A stretch of DNA of 64,000 nt from an uncultured Candidatus Saccharibacteria bacterium (GTDB taxonomy: Bacteria > Patescibacteriota > Doudnabacteria > UBA920 > O2-02-FULL-48-8). Below are positions 46,712-57,200 of this stretch, one piece after another; positions within the stretch are counted from its first letter, which is position 1; each line of letters opens with the position of its first letter. A model generated the notes under the pieces. The model saw only the letters and a program-made list of their open reading frames with translations. It was not told where the DNA came from and ran no database searches. The stretch is taken from the NCBI GenBank assembly GCA_964605735.1, contig CAZSDS010000001.1, positions 406,559-470,558 on the forward strand, read 5' to 3'. A program made the position numbers and the translations under genes.

Positions 46712-48767
46712 AGTTTACTTCGTAAATTTCTAGCATCTCATGAGGGATGGCTTTCAAAAAACGCGATGGCACAGACATATTCCTACTACCAAACTGTTTA
46801 CGTGTCATGGCATGCACCAAGTATAAATGTTTTCTGGCCCTCGTTACACCCACATAAGCCAAGCGCACCTCTTCCGCTATATCTTTGGGATCCAAGACAG
46901 AACGGGAGTGCGGCAAAATCCCCTCTTCCAACCCCACAAAAAAGACGATATCAAATTCCAGTCCCTTGGCTTGGTGCAAAGTCATCAAAGTTACCTTAGA
47001 CGTATTTGTATCCATATCATCCACTTTCGTCATTAACGCCACTTCTTCCAAAAACTTCACAAGCCCCTCCTTCCACGGCATATTGTTAAATGTAGTGGCC
47101 ACGTTAAACAATTCCTGCACGTTTTCAAATCTGGACTCGCCTTCCTCTGTCCCGTCACGCAAATAATTTTCATAACCAGTTAACTTCAAAACAGCTCCAA
47201 GGATTTCTGTGAGCGTCCCGCTTTCTTCCAAGTTCCTGATATGATCCATTGTTTCAAAAAACGCTTTGATGGCTGGTTTAACTGAAAACAGCTCAGCCAA
47301 CTTTTGGTCGTCCTTTTCTATGAGCACGGATTTAAGCAAATCAAAAGACTTTGCGCCAATGCCGCGCGGCGGGACATTAATCACCCGCTTTATGCCAACC
47401 AAATCATTCGGATTACTGATCAGGCGCAAGTATGAAAGCAAATCTTTAATTTCTTTTCGCTCATAAAACTTCAAGCCGCCGACAATTTGGTATGGGATGC
47501 CGGCTTCGATCAACATTTCCTCCAAAGCGCGAGACTGGACGTGAGTTCGATACAGGATGGCATAGTTATTCAAGCCGTCGCGGTTTTTAAGTTTAGGCAA
47601 GACCCTGGTTTGAGACTGGCGCATAATACGCCCCAAAATTCCCTCATCTTCGTATTCATATTTCAAGCCCTCTGGCTCCCCATCCTGGTGCTCCAAAATT
47701 TTTTTGGCCACAAACCATGCCTCTGCCATTTCGTCCTCCGCACGGTAAAGCATCGGCTTCTTGCCTTCTGTGTTTTCGGTCCAGAGCTTTTTCTTGTGCT
47801 GTTGTGAGTTCAAGGCAATGATTTTTTCGGCTATGGACAAGATAGGCGCAGTTGACCGGTAATTCTGCTCCAGCTTAACAATAGTTGCTTCCGGATAATC
47901 TTTTTCAAAGTCCAAAATATTTTGCAGATTGGCTCCACGGAATCCGTAAATCGCCTGCGCGTCATCCCCAACAACAAAAACATTCCTGTGCTTGGCGGCC
48001 AGCAATTTGGCCATGCGGTACTGCGAATAATTCGTATCCTGGTATTCGTCTATCAATATATACTGCCAACGGTTCTGATAATGCTCCAAAATATCTTTGT
48101 GTTTTTGGAACAACAGCACTGGCTTCATAATCAAATCGCCAAAATCCACGGCATTGTTTGCTTCCAACCGTTTCTGATATTCCATGTACACGCGCTGGGC
48201 AGTGACATTGAAAGCTTTCTCATCCACCTGAATATCCTCCGGCCCTTCAAGATTGTTTTTTGCGCGGTCAATAATGCTCCCGAACATGGACGGTTTGAAT
48301 TTAGTCGGATCAATCTTGAATTCCATCAAAATATCCTTAAGCAAACTTTCCTGGTCATCGTCATCATAAATGACAAAATTTTTATCAAGTCCCAGATGCT
48401 GGGCTTGCTCGCGGATAATGCGCACACCCAATGAATGAAAGGTTGCCATCAGCGGCACTTCCTCTTTGCTTAACAACTTAGCAATTCGTTCTTTCATTTC
48501 ACCCGCGGCCTTGTTGGTAAATGTCACGGCCAGGATATTTTCGGGCCTAAGCTTAAGCTTCCTGATCAAATACACAATGCGCAAAGTCAGCGCGCGCGTT
48601 TTGCCGCTGCCAGCTCCAGCCAAAATCAAAACAGGCCCCATCGGGGCTGTGACTGCGGCAAGCTGTTCCTTGTTTAAGCCTTCCACCGGTTTCCCGTCCG
48701 CTTTCACTGTCTTGCTCGCCTGCTTTTCAGTCTTTTTTGCAATAATTTTTTTCGTAGTTTTTTTCAT
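46704..48767 (-). CDS. pcrA: UvrD/PcrA helicase
   Basis: AGAGSGKT, DEYQDTN, VGDDAQAIYGFRGA, LEQNYRS, HQAKGLEF, YVGVTRA. Confidence 0.95.
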   Translation of the reverse strand: MKKTTKKIIAKKTEKQASKTVKADGKPVEGLNKEQLAAVTAPMGPVLILAGAGSGKTRALTLRIVYLIRKLKLRPENILAVTFTNKAAGEMKERIAKLLSKEEVPLMATFHSLGVRIIREQAQHLGLDKNFVIYDDDDQESLLKDILMEFKIDPTKFKPSMFGSIIDRAKNNLEGPEDIQVDEKAFNVTAQRVYMEYQKRLEANNAVDFGDLIMKPVLLFQKHKDILEHYQNRWQYILIDEYQDTNYSQYRMAKLLAAKHRNVFVVGDDAQAIYGFRGANLQNILDFEKDYPEATIVKLEQNYRSTAPILSIAEKIIALNSQQHKKKLWTENTEGKKPMLYRAEDEMAEAWFVAKKILEHQDGEPEGLKYEYEDEGILGRIMRQSQTRVLPKLKNRDGLNNYAILYRTHVQSRALEEMLIEAGIPYQIVGGLKFYERKEIKDLLSYLRLISNPNDLVGIKRVINVPPRGIGAKSFDLLKSVLIEKDDQKLAELFSVKPAIKAFFETMDHIRNLEESGTLTEILGAVLKLTGYENYLRDGTEEGESRFENVQELFNVATTFNNMPWKEGLVKFLEEVALMTKVDDMDTNTSKVTLMTLHQAKGLEFDIVFFVGLEEGILPHSRSVLDPKDIAEEVRLAYVGVTRARKHLYLVHAMTRKQFGSRNMSVPSRFLKAIPHEMLEIYEVNYG

Positions 48768-49296
48768 CTACCTAAGTATAAAATTTTCCCGACCGCACAG
48801 CAAGAAAAAACCTGCATATTTTTACACAAACCCGATTTACGCAAGCTCTTCACAGGCAATTGCTTATGTGCTATAAATCATCGTCGGCTTCGCCGACAAA
48901 GGTTTGCTTTCTGTGGATATTCGTCTAAAAATATCCCTTAAAAAACCGCGTTTTTTGCCTCTAATACACAAAAGCAGGTGCTTAAACTGTTGACTAGGAC
49001 ACCCCCTTTTGGTAAGATCAAAGGCGCGGAAGTAACAGTTGTGTTTTTACAAATAACCCCGAAAAGCGGCTTATTCTGGAAATAATTTCAGGATAATCGG
49101 TACGGATAAGTCACGGCTCGGGTGTGCAGGAGTTTTTATTCCACTCTCTCAGTCTACGAATGCTTCAGAGGATTCTTATAGACAATCGCGCATTCTCTCC
49201 AACTTATCAGCAACACAAAGCCAGTTTAAAAAATTCTGGCAAACCGGCAGCAAATTCACAATTCACCCATTCAAATCGCTTCACGCGAAGCATCTT

Positions 49297-50433
49297 TTGC
49301 CATTATCACCTACAGACTACATGGCGAGATTCGGTTTGGAGCTGGTGATTTTAGGAATCGCTGTTTTTTCATTGCTCACCAACCTTTCAATCACTGCTCA
49401 CGCCAATCATTTGGAAACAACTGACGAAAGCGTGATTTTTTCTTTCTTGAAGAGCAATCCTGGTTTGAACAACCCTCTGCTGGCCACAACCGGCACCACA
49501 ACAATCCTGGCCCGATCTGACAGCTGGCTCTCTGCCACGGCAGCACATGCCCAGTCACCTTACTCCAGCGCGTTTGCAACCACAGCGGCTGCAGGTTTGA
49601 CAACCATCCAGGAAAATGTGGTTATGAAGACTAATCCTGCTGACACGCAAAACTTCATGCGCCACGGCACCACAGAGTATATAGTTGCTCCCGGAGACTC
49701 CATCATTTCCATTGCCTCTTCTTTTGGCGTTTCACCTCAGACTGTCATGATGGAAAATAAAATTGACGAAACCTCCACTTTAAAACCTGGACAGAAACTG
49801 ATCATCCTTCCTACCACCGGCATTTCCCACGTGGTTGGCCCAACCGAAACAGTTGAATCCATTGCCTCTAAGTATAAAGTCAGTGAAGACGATATTTTGG
49901 ACTTAAACGATATTGAGCTGGCTGAAGACGTTTCCGCAGGCGCAACCTTGGTCATCCCATTAGCCAAGGTTGAGATGCCGGCCCGCCCTACATCAATCGT
50001 CAAGAACAATGTTGGCCAAATCGCTTTGAAACAGGCCCCTGCTCCGGCAAACTTTATTGGAGGCTCAGACTTCATCTGGCCTACTCCGGTCAGAAACATC
50101 ACCCAGGGATACCATAGCTTACATTCTGGATTGGACATCTCCAACAGCCGCCGTGAATCAATCTTCGCCGCTGCTGACGGGTTCGTGGAATTGTCAGGCT
50201 GGAGAACCGGTTACGGCAACACTGTCATCATCAACCACGGCAACGGATTCAAAACCCTTTACGGACACGCTTCTGAAATTTACGTAAAGGCCGGCGACCA
50301 GGTGGTTAAAGGCCAGGTTATTGCCAAGCAAGGCAACACAGGACGTGTGCGAGGGGTCACGGGCATCCACTTGCACTTTGAGATCATCAAAAACGGCGCC
50401 AAGGTCAACCCTCTCTCATACGTCAGACCATAA
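49297..50433 (+). CDS. LysM + M23 metallopeptidase; start uncertain
   Basis: Two LysM repeats; HSGLD, YGH, HLHFE motifs. Confidence 0.92.
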   Translation: MPLSPTDYMARFGLELVILGIAVFSLLTNLSITAHANHLETTDESVIFSFLKSNPGLNNPLLATTGTTTILARSDSWLSATAAHAQSPYSSAFATTAAAGLTTIQENVVMKTNPADTQNFMRHGTTEYIVAPGDSIISIASSFGVSPQTVMMENKIDETSTLKPGQKLIILPTTGISHVVGPTETVESIASKYKVSEDDILDLNDIELAEDVSAGATLVIPLAKVEMPARPTSIVKNNVGQIALKQAPAPANFIGGSDFIWPTPVRNITQGYHSLHSGLDISNSRRESIFAAADGFVELSGWRTGYGNTVIINHGNGFKTLYGHASEIYVKAGDQVVKGQVIAKQGNTGRVRGVTGIHLHFEIIKNGAKVNPLSYVRP

Positions 50434-50467
50434 ACCCGTAACGTCGCGGAACAAATAAATATAGGCG

Positions 50468-50502
50468 AAGCCACCGCTCAGAAATGGGCGGTGTTTTTAT
50501 TT
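50468..50502 (+). repeat. 35 bp direct repeat copy 1 (terminator)
   Basis: AAGCCACCGCTCAGAAATGGGCGGTGTTTTTATTT, identical to 51610-51644. Confidence 0.9.
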
Positions 50503-50585
50503 TCCACTCTTTACAAAAACAGCGCCATCTTATATTATTCCTTATCGTTCCTTTAAACAGCACTCAACCTATATTGGAGGAAAAT

Positions 50586-51596
50586 ATGGAAGCATTGGTT
50601 TGGCTGCTCGTCTTCCCCTACATGTGCATTGGCTACCTCATCGGGATGGCCGCAAACAACCTCTACCTGGACGACCGGCCCAGTGAAGAGTTGACCTTGC
50701 CCAACCGGCTGGCTCGCCTTCTATTCTTCCCGGCTAGTTATCACAACTGGCCCCAAAGGAGCATCGGCGGGGAGTCTGAGGTAGGTCTCGGTTTAAGAAC
50801 TATGGCTGAGGCGCATTTCAGGCGCGACACTCCACCAACGCCGGAACAGCTTCAAAGCTATTGCAGGCTAACATCAGTCGTGTGGCCCATGAAACTCATC
50901 ACGGTACCGTTCTTCCTCATTCAAGTAATTGTCCTATTGTGTTTCATGCCTTTCAGTTATGTAGGCAGGTTGGCGGAAAACACAACCACCAAGCTCGTTT
51001 CTCTGCTCTTTGGCAGCAAGGACATGCAGGATGAAATGGAGAAGAAAATCAACTCCATAAAAGATTTCCTGGAAAAGGAACTGTCCGAGTACTTTGCCGG
51101 CCTGCAGGAAAAAGAAAAACGGTTTGCAGGGCGCCGCAACAAAATCCTGCATCAAATTGAGGAGTGGACAAAGATCCGGGGAGAGGCTTTAGACCAAAAT
51201 CTGCCGACTGACCGGATTGATCTGGTGCTCATGAACCTCAGACAGCACCAGAAGGAAACTGAAACATCGGAGATGAAAAGCCGCGAGGCCACCAAGTTCA
51301 TCGAACAAAAAAAGCGCGAACTCGAGTTTCTCGTCCGCATGCTAAGGCGCTACCAGGAAACCAGCAGCCTGCTCCTGAGCATTAATTCAGAAATTGACCT
51401 TGATCTTGATGAGGGGATCAAAACCAAGCTTGATTCCGCCAACGAGATCATAACCGTTTGCCGCGAGGTTTACACCCTGGACAGCAAACTCCTGCCAATT
51501 CGGCCGAAAACTTCAGATCTTGCTTCGGAAGAATGGCAAAAGCCCGAGATGCAGGCCAACCAAACACCTCAGGCTTCGCTTCCATCAATCCACTGA
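50586..51596 (+). CDS. Hypothetical membrane protein with coiled-coil C-terminus
   Basis: GGAGG RBS; TTTACA...TATATT promoter-like sequence; TM segments then a charged helical region. Confidence 0.7.
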   Translation: MEALVWLLVFPYMCIGYLIGMAANNLYLDDRPSEELTLPNRLARLLFFPASYHNWPQRSIGGESEVGLGLRTMAEAHFRRDTPPTPEQLQSYCRLTSVVWPMKLITVPFFLIQVIVLLCFMPFSYVGRLAENTTTKLVSLLFGSKDMQDEMEKKINSIKDFLEKELSEYFAGLQEKEKRFAGRRNKILHQIEEWTKIRGEALDQNLPTDRIDLVLMNLRQHQKETETSEMKSREATKFIEQKKRELEFLVRMLRRYQETSSLLLSINSEIDLDLDEGIKTKLDSANEIITVCREVYTLDSKLLPIRPKTSDLASEEWQKPEMQANQTPQASLPSIH

Positions 51597-51609
51597 TCCT
51601 TTCAGGATC

Positions 51610-51644
51610 AAGCCACCGCTCAGAAATGGGCGGTGTTTTTATTT
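51610..51644 (+). repeat. 35 bp direct repeat copy 2 (terminator)
   Basis: Identical to 50468-50502. Confidence 0.9.
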
Positions 51645-51648
51645 ATTT

Positions 51649-53424
51649 TTATTCAATTGTCGATCCTACAGAATCTATCCTGCTGTCGTTCAAATCAGAA
51701 ACCGTTAACGTGCTAAGCTGGGTTGATTTTATTTCTTTTCCTGTGAAAGTGTCTGTCGCAACTGCTTGGATATCGCGCAGGAGAGTCATGTTCTGGCCGC
51801 GATTGGCCTCAGAAGGAGTGACTTGCAGTTGGAAAGACACGCTTCTGGCCACGGAGAATCTTCCCTGGAAAGCAGGGATGTTCCCCAGTCGCCACCTGAT
51901 CTTGCTGGCGTTCTGGTCAAATGTCAGATGCTGTTTCTCCGCGTCAGGCGCGATTACGTTAATCCAAGCCGAAGCCGGCAAAGGCATGGAAGCCAACAGT
52001 TCGCCGTCAGCCAGATCATTGCTCAAGTTGGTTAAAGTCACGGTAACTTCAAACGTGGTTGACTCCCCGACTTTCATTGGCAAGGCTCCGCTGACGTATC
52101 GGCCGCTGACAGTCATGCCCAACTCTGACTCGACCTTAACAATTTTTTCTTCGCCCCGAATCGGGCTGGTAACCTGGTCTGAGTAAATCGACACCGCTGT
52201 CTTAACTGTTTGGTTCTTGAGATTTGTAGTGATGTTCGGTTTCAAACCAACTGAGAAATCCAAATCCCCGGTTTGGTTTGGCGAAAGCAATGATAAATTG
52301 CTGACTGTGGCAGATTTCCAGGTTATGGTGTTGCCAGTGATTATGCCATTGGTTGAGCGCAGTTTGGTTAAATCCAGACTGGGACCCTCAATAGTGACGG
52401 TAATTACCACGTTGCTTTGGCTGACAGAGCCGTAATTCGCGTATTTGAGCCTGTATTGCATAGTCTCGCCCAATTTCACCACATCTTTGTCTGTGCTGTG
52501 CTGGATGGCCAAACTGGAAGCCTGAAGCTTAAAGCGGGCGGACGCGTGAATCTGAGGCGCCAAACCGCTGTTCAAAACCAATCCCAAGTCCCCGCTGACC
52601 TGCTGTTCAGAACCAGGGTCGCCTATAAAATTACCAGTCACCTCAATTTTTCCGACAGTGTCGACACCCAGCTTTCCCAAACTCCAGTAGTTATTGTCCT
52701 TTGACGGCGCCGGCTCTGCACTGACAAACATAAATCCTTCCGGATAAGCAAGCTGGACCGCGGTGGCATCAAACTCCTTCCCGGACACATTCTTATAATT
52801 GATGGTAAAAGTGGTGTTCTGGCCATTTGTCACGTCAATCGGCCCGGTAATTTCCATTTCAAGCTCAGGCGCAGTCAAAGCAGTCTTGAAACTCGTCTCA
52901 GTAAAAAAATCTGAGCTGAAATTAGACATCCTGAAAGACAACTTACTGCGCAATTCTTTCACTTCACCCGTGGCCCCGCTGACTTTTGCCTTGATTACCA
53001 CCTCTCCGGTCTGGCCCTGCCTTAATACAGGCAAATCAAAACGCTGGCCGTTTGATGAGCTTGGGCTTGGTTCAGCGCTGACGTATTTGAAATTAGACGG
53101 ATAAAAGACCTCCAGGGTTATCCCGGTCAAATCTGAATTCTCGCCGTTTGTATAGACAATGCGAAATTCTGTTTCGTTCCCTGAGGCAATTTGTTCTGGG
53201 CCTTTGATGTTTAATAGAACGTTAGGCGGTTCTACCGTGCCATCTCCCTGGTTGCGCAAAAAATACAGAGTGGCCACTACAACCAAAAGCAAAACCATGG
53301 CAACACTGCTGATCAACAATGCATGGCTTTTGATCCAGTCCCATATTCCTGGTTTGTGTTGGTTGAAATCTTCAGGAAAATCCTGACGCACGCTTTGGTC
53401 TAAAATTCTGTCGTCCATTTCCAT
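51649..53424 (-). CDS. Membrane-anchored multi-Ig (DUF11-like) protein
   Basis: N-terminal TM; repeated G....Y.I.Y.N units. Confidence 0.75.
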   Translation of the reverse strand: MEMDDRILDQSVRQDFPEDFNQHKPGIWDWIKSHALLISSVAMVLLLVVVATLYFLRNQGDGTVEPPNVLLNIKGPEQIASGNETEFRIVYTNGENSDLTGITLEVFYPSNFKYVSAEPSPSSSNGQRFDLPVLRQGQTGEVVIKAKVSGATGEVKELRSKLSFRMSNFSSDFFTETSFKTALTAPELEMEITGPIDVTNGQNTTFTINYKNVSGKEFDATAVQLAYPEGFMFVSAEPAPSKDNNYWSLGKLGVDTVGKIEVTGNFIGDPGSEQQVSGDLGLVLNSGLAPQIHASARFKLQASSLAIQHSTDKDVVKLGETMQYRLKYANYGSVSQSNVVITVTIEGPSLDLTKLRSTNGIITGNTITWKSATVSNLSLLSPNQTGDLDFSVGLKPNITTNLKNQTVKTAVSIYSDQVTSPIRGEEKIVKVESELGMTVSGRYVSGALPMKVGESTTFEVTVTLTNLSNDLADGELLASMPLPASAWINVIAPDAEKQHLTFDQNASKIRWRLGNIPAFQGRFSVARSVSFQLQVTPSEANRGQNMTLLRDIQAVATDTFTGKEIKSTQLSTLTVSDLNDSRIDSVGSTIE

Positions 53425-53444
53425 TTTTGTTTCTCCTACTGTTT

Positions 53445-54107
53445 TTACTTTTGTACCGACAGCAGAAACTGCTCGGATTTAATATTTCTTTCCAAAATAT
53501 ATTCAATAAAATTCTTGATCACGGTATGCGACTGTTTGGCCAGGCTTTCATCCAATCCCAGCCCCGGCAAATCTTCATACTGACATTCAGCCAAATCAAT
53601 CAAGGTCCCGTTCAGATTACCCGGCAGATTAAACGCGGCCTGTGCGTGCTCAATAGAAAAACCAAGGCAATTCATCAAGCGCAGGGAAAAACTGTCCACA
53701 GCTACGAACGCAGGCTGTCGGGAAATATCCGAGCTGTTTAAGAACTCAAAAAAATCCGCAAGCAAATCAAAGGCGTCCTCGTTAGGCTGTTCGTCTGCCG
53801 TCATTTTCAGCATCAATTCCGTGGCGTAAAACGCGGCCACGGTTTTGGGTAAATCGTCACGGAGCTTCGGAAAAATTTTTCTGGATTTGGCTGAGATCAG
53901 CGAAGGCAGGCTCCTCTTTCCAGCAACCTCAAAGTCAACCAGGCTCAAATCCTGCATGCTGAAAGCCAGCTTACTCTTTACCAGACGGAGTCCGCGCGCC
54001 ATAACCCTGACTTTCCCAGCCTCCCTGGTCCAAACAGTAACAATCTGATCTGCTTCCCGGTAATTTTGTTTCTTGAGAACGATTCCCGTAAGTTTATTAT
54101 ATTTCAT
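53445..54107 (-). CDS. recO: DNA repair protein RecO
   Basis: GIVLK...YREAD.IVT..T...GK...ARG.R..KSKL. Confidence 0.92.
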   Translation of the reverse strand: MKYNKLTGIVLKKQNYREADQIVTVWTREAGKVRVMARGLRLVKSKLAFSMQDLSLVDFEVAGKRSLPSLISAKSRKIFPKLRDDLPKTVAAFYATELMLKMTADEQPNEDAFDLLADFFEFLNSSDISRQPAFVAVDSFSLRLMNCLGFSIEHAQAAFNLPGNLNGTLIDLAECQYEDLPGLGLDESLAKQSHTVIKNFIEYILERNIKSEQFLLSVQK

Positions 54108-54124
54108 CTGCCTTATTGCAACCA

Positions 54125-54203
54125 TGGCGCAGGTCGCCGACCGCCTCTCTCAACGTTTGGCTAATCGCCGACGTTTCGCGAGACGGATCGGCTCCCGCAC
54201 CCA
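54125..54203. repeat. Imperfect GC-rich hairpin with GCTAATCGC apex downstream of ileS
   Basis: GCCGACCG/CGGATCGGC and CGTTTGGC/GCCGACG arms; related to 57641-57705. Confidence 0.5.
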
Positions 54204-54207
54204 GGTA

Positions 54208-57200
54208 CTATTTTTCAATGGCTAATTTAATAACCTTGCCGTCGAGGCTTACTGGTTCTTCGTTCTCGAGATTTTTGGCTGAAACTTCCTTAACAAAGGT
54301 CTTTTTACGGTCAAAAAGATCCATGGCTTTTGCCAGTTCTTCATCAGAAGTATCATAAGCCAAATTAACCATTTCGCCAACCTTTAAGCCGGACTTTTTG
54401 CGCATATCCTGGACAATTCTTTCAAGGTTGCGGGCCAAGCCTTCCAGCTTCAATTCAGGGCTGATTTCCGTATCCAGATACAGATGCTGGACATACCTGG
54501 TACCGGCATATGTTTTCACAAGCTCACCGGATTGGCTGACAAGCTTATCGTCAACCAACTTTACGTTTACTTCTGAAGCCAGAATTGCGGCCAGTTCGGG
54601 ACTCAATTGCACATCAGCTTTTGTCTGAACTGCCAGTCTTGATAATGGCTGGCGGATAGGCAAACCCAATTCTTTTCTCGCGTTTAAGGCAACACTGGCC
54701 GCTTCCCGGACAGCTTCCATTGCCGCGAGCAGTTCAGTTTCATCTGCGGACAAAGTCCTGGTCTCCGGCCATACTGCCAAGTGCACAGACTCTGCGTCAT
54801 TTTCCTGCCTCAGAACCTGCCAGATGTTTTCTGCCAGAAACGGCGTAAACGGCGCCATAAGCAAGCTCAGGGTCTTCAATACCTTATACAGGGTTTGATA
54901 AACTGCCGGACCTTTGCGTTCGCGGGAGCGGCGGACATACCAGGTGGAAAGCTCATTGATGAAATCTTCAATGCTCCTGGACGCTCGGAATGCGTCAAAA
55001 TTATCCAAGCTTTCAGTCACTGAGTTAACCAGCTCCTGCGTCTTTGCCAAGATCCACTGATCCAACACATCCAAAGCATCAGTTTCTTTCTCTGACGGTG
55101 TCCATTTATCAAAACTCGAGTAAGTCACAAAGAAGCTGAGCACGTTCCACAATGTCAGGAAATTCTTGCGTACAATCAGATCAAGGTCGCGCTCTGCAAA
55201 CAATTTGGAATCGCCGGGCTGGTTGATCGAATACATATACCAGCGCACTGCATCCACTCCCTGCTTGTTCATCGGTTCCCAAGGATCAATGATGTTGCCT
55301 TTGGACTTGCTCATCTTTAAACCTTTTTCGTCAAGCAAGTGCCCCAGACAGATGACGTGCTTGTATGCAGGGCCTTTGCCTAAGATGGTTGAAATGGCCA
55401 GCAGAGTATAAAACCAACCCCGAGTCTGGTCAATTGCCTCTGAAATGAAATCAGCCGGAAACTGCTGGCGGGCCAGGTTGGCATTTTCAAACGGGGCGTG
55501 CCATTGGGCGTACGGCATGGCGCCTGAATCAAACCACACATCCAAGACAGACGGCACGCGCTTGGAATCATTGCCACAATAAGGACATGGCAAAACCACT
55601 TCGTCAATGTAAGGGCGATGCAAATCAGTAAGGCCTAGCTCTATTTGGGTAAACTCCCCCACCTGCGGATAATGGTTGGCAACATCATAGTACTGGTTCA
55701 TCAACCAAATGACATCTCCGTGCGTCACCAGCAAAATCTTCTTGCCGTTGTGCTTGGAATTCAGTTCGCTGACAAAATCAAGCATGCGGGTCTGAAGATC
55801 CATATAGGATTCCCCGCCCTCTGGCGCCTCCTGCCATCTTCTCTGCACTGGCCAGTCTTTATGGTACTCTTCCAATTTTTTGCCGTTGTACACGCCAGTA
55901 TTGAATTCCCTTAATCGCGGGTCAAATTGGACTTCAACTCCCAAAATCTTTCCTGCAATTTCAGCAGTTTGCTTGGTTCTCACCAAATCAGAGGCAAAAA
56001 TCATATCCACACCACCTAATGCTTTGATTTTTTCACCCAGTTCATGAGCTTGTTTTTCACCTAGTTCGGTCAGTGGCATTGGCGTGGTTTCCGGATAATG
56101 CATATGGATTCCCTGCACCACGTTTTGCGCCTCACCGTGCCGGGCAATATAAAAGTGGTTTTTGTTCAGCTTCAGCTCATCAACACTGCCGATTATCTGG
56201 TGTTTTTTGCAGTGTTCGCATTTCCAAATCGGCAGAGGTGTGCCCCAGTATCTTTCGCGGGAAATTGCCCAATCCTTGATCTCTGCCAGCCAATTTCCAA
56301 AACGGCCATATTTAATGTGGCTTGGATTCCAGGTAATTTGTTCATTGTTTTTGATCAGGTCTTCGCGCAGCTGGCTCATTTTTATAAACCAGGATTCGCG
56401 GGCGTAATACAACAGCGGGGTGTCACAGCGCCAGCAATGCGGATATTCGTGCTCATACTTCTCTTTTCTTGCGAAATTTCCGTGCGACTTCAGGTGGCCG
56501 AAAATTTTGCCTTCCGTGGCTTCGTCCTTTACATACATTCCGGCCAGTTCTTTGACTTCAGGCACAAATAATCCGGCATCATTAACCGTATGGATTTTCG
56601 GCAGGCCGACTTTTTCTCCCAACTGGTAATCGTCCTCACCATAAACCACTGCTGTGTGCACTACTCCGGTTCCGTCTGTGGTTGTGACAAAGTCAGCGTC
56701 ATAGATTTTATATGACTGCGGCGTTTTCAGGAATTCCACTTCAAACAGCGGTTCGTATTCCAGGCCAAGCAGGTCTTTGCCCTTCATGCTGGCAACCACC
56801 TCCGGGTTTTCACCTGCAGCTTCCAATCTTTCCTTGGCTAAAATCCAAAACTCATCTCCAACTTTGACTTTTGCGTATTCAATGTCTTTGCCTACGGCCA
56901 AGGCCACGTTCCCCGGCAAGGTCCACGGCGTGGTGGTCCAGGACAGGATGTAGGTATTTTCCTGGTTTTTTAGTTTAAATTTTACGTAAACCGAGTTGTC
57001 TTTTACGGTTTTGTATCCTTGAGCCACCTCATGCGAAGAAAGCGCGGTGCCGCAGCGAGTGCAGTAAGGCAGAACTTTGTGGCCGAGATAAACCAGATCT
57101 TTGTCCCAAGCCTGCTTGAGAATATTCCAGATGGATTCAATGTACTTGTTGTGGTAAGTGATGTACGGGTTTTTCATGTCCACCCAGTAACCCATGCGGT

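Noticed and set aside
51458-52186. 242 aa + strand ORF and similar long antisense ORFs (4186-4830, 14015-14647, 31326-31922)
   Set aside because: Shadow ORFs opposite well-supported genes, with no motifs
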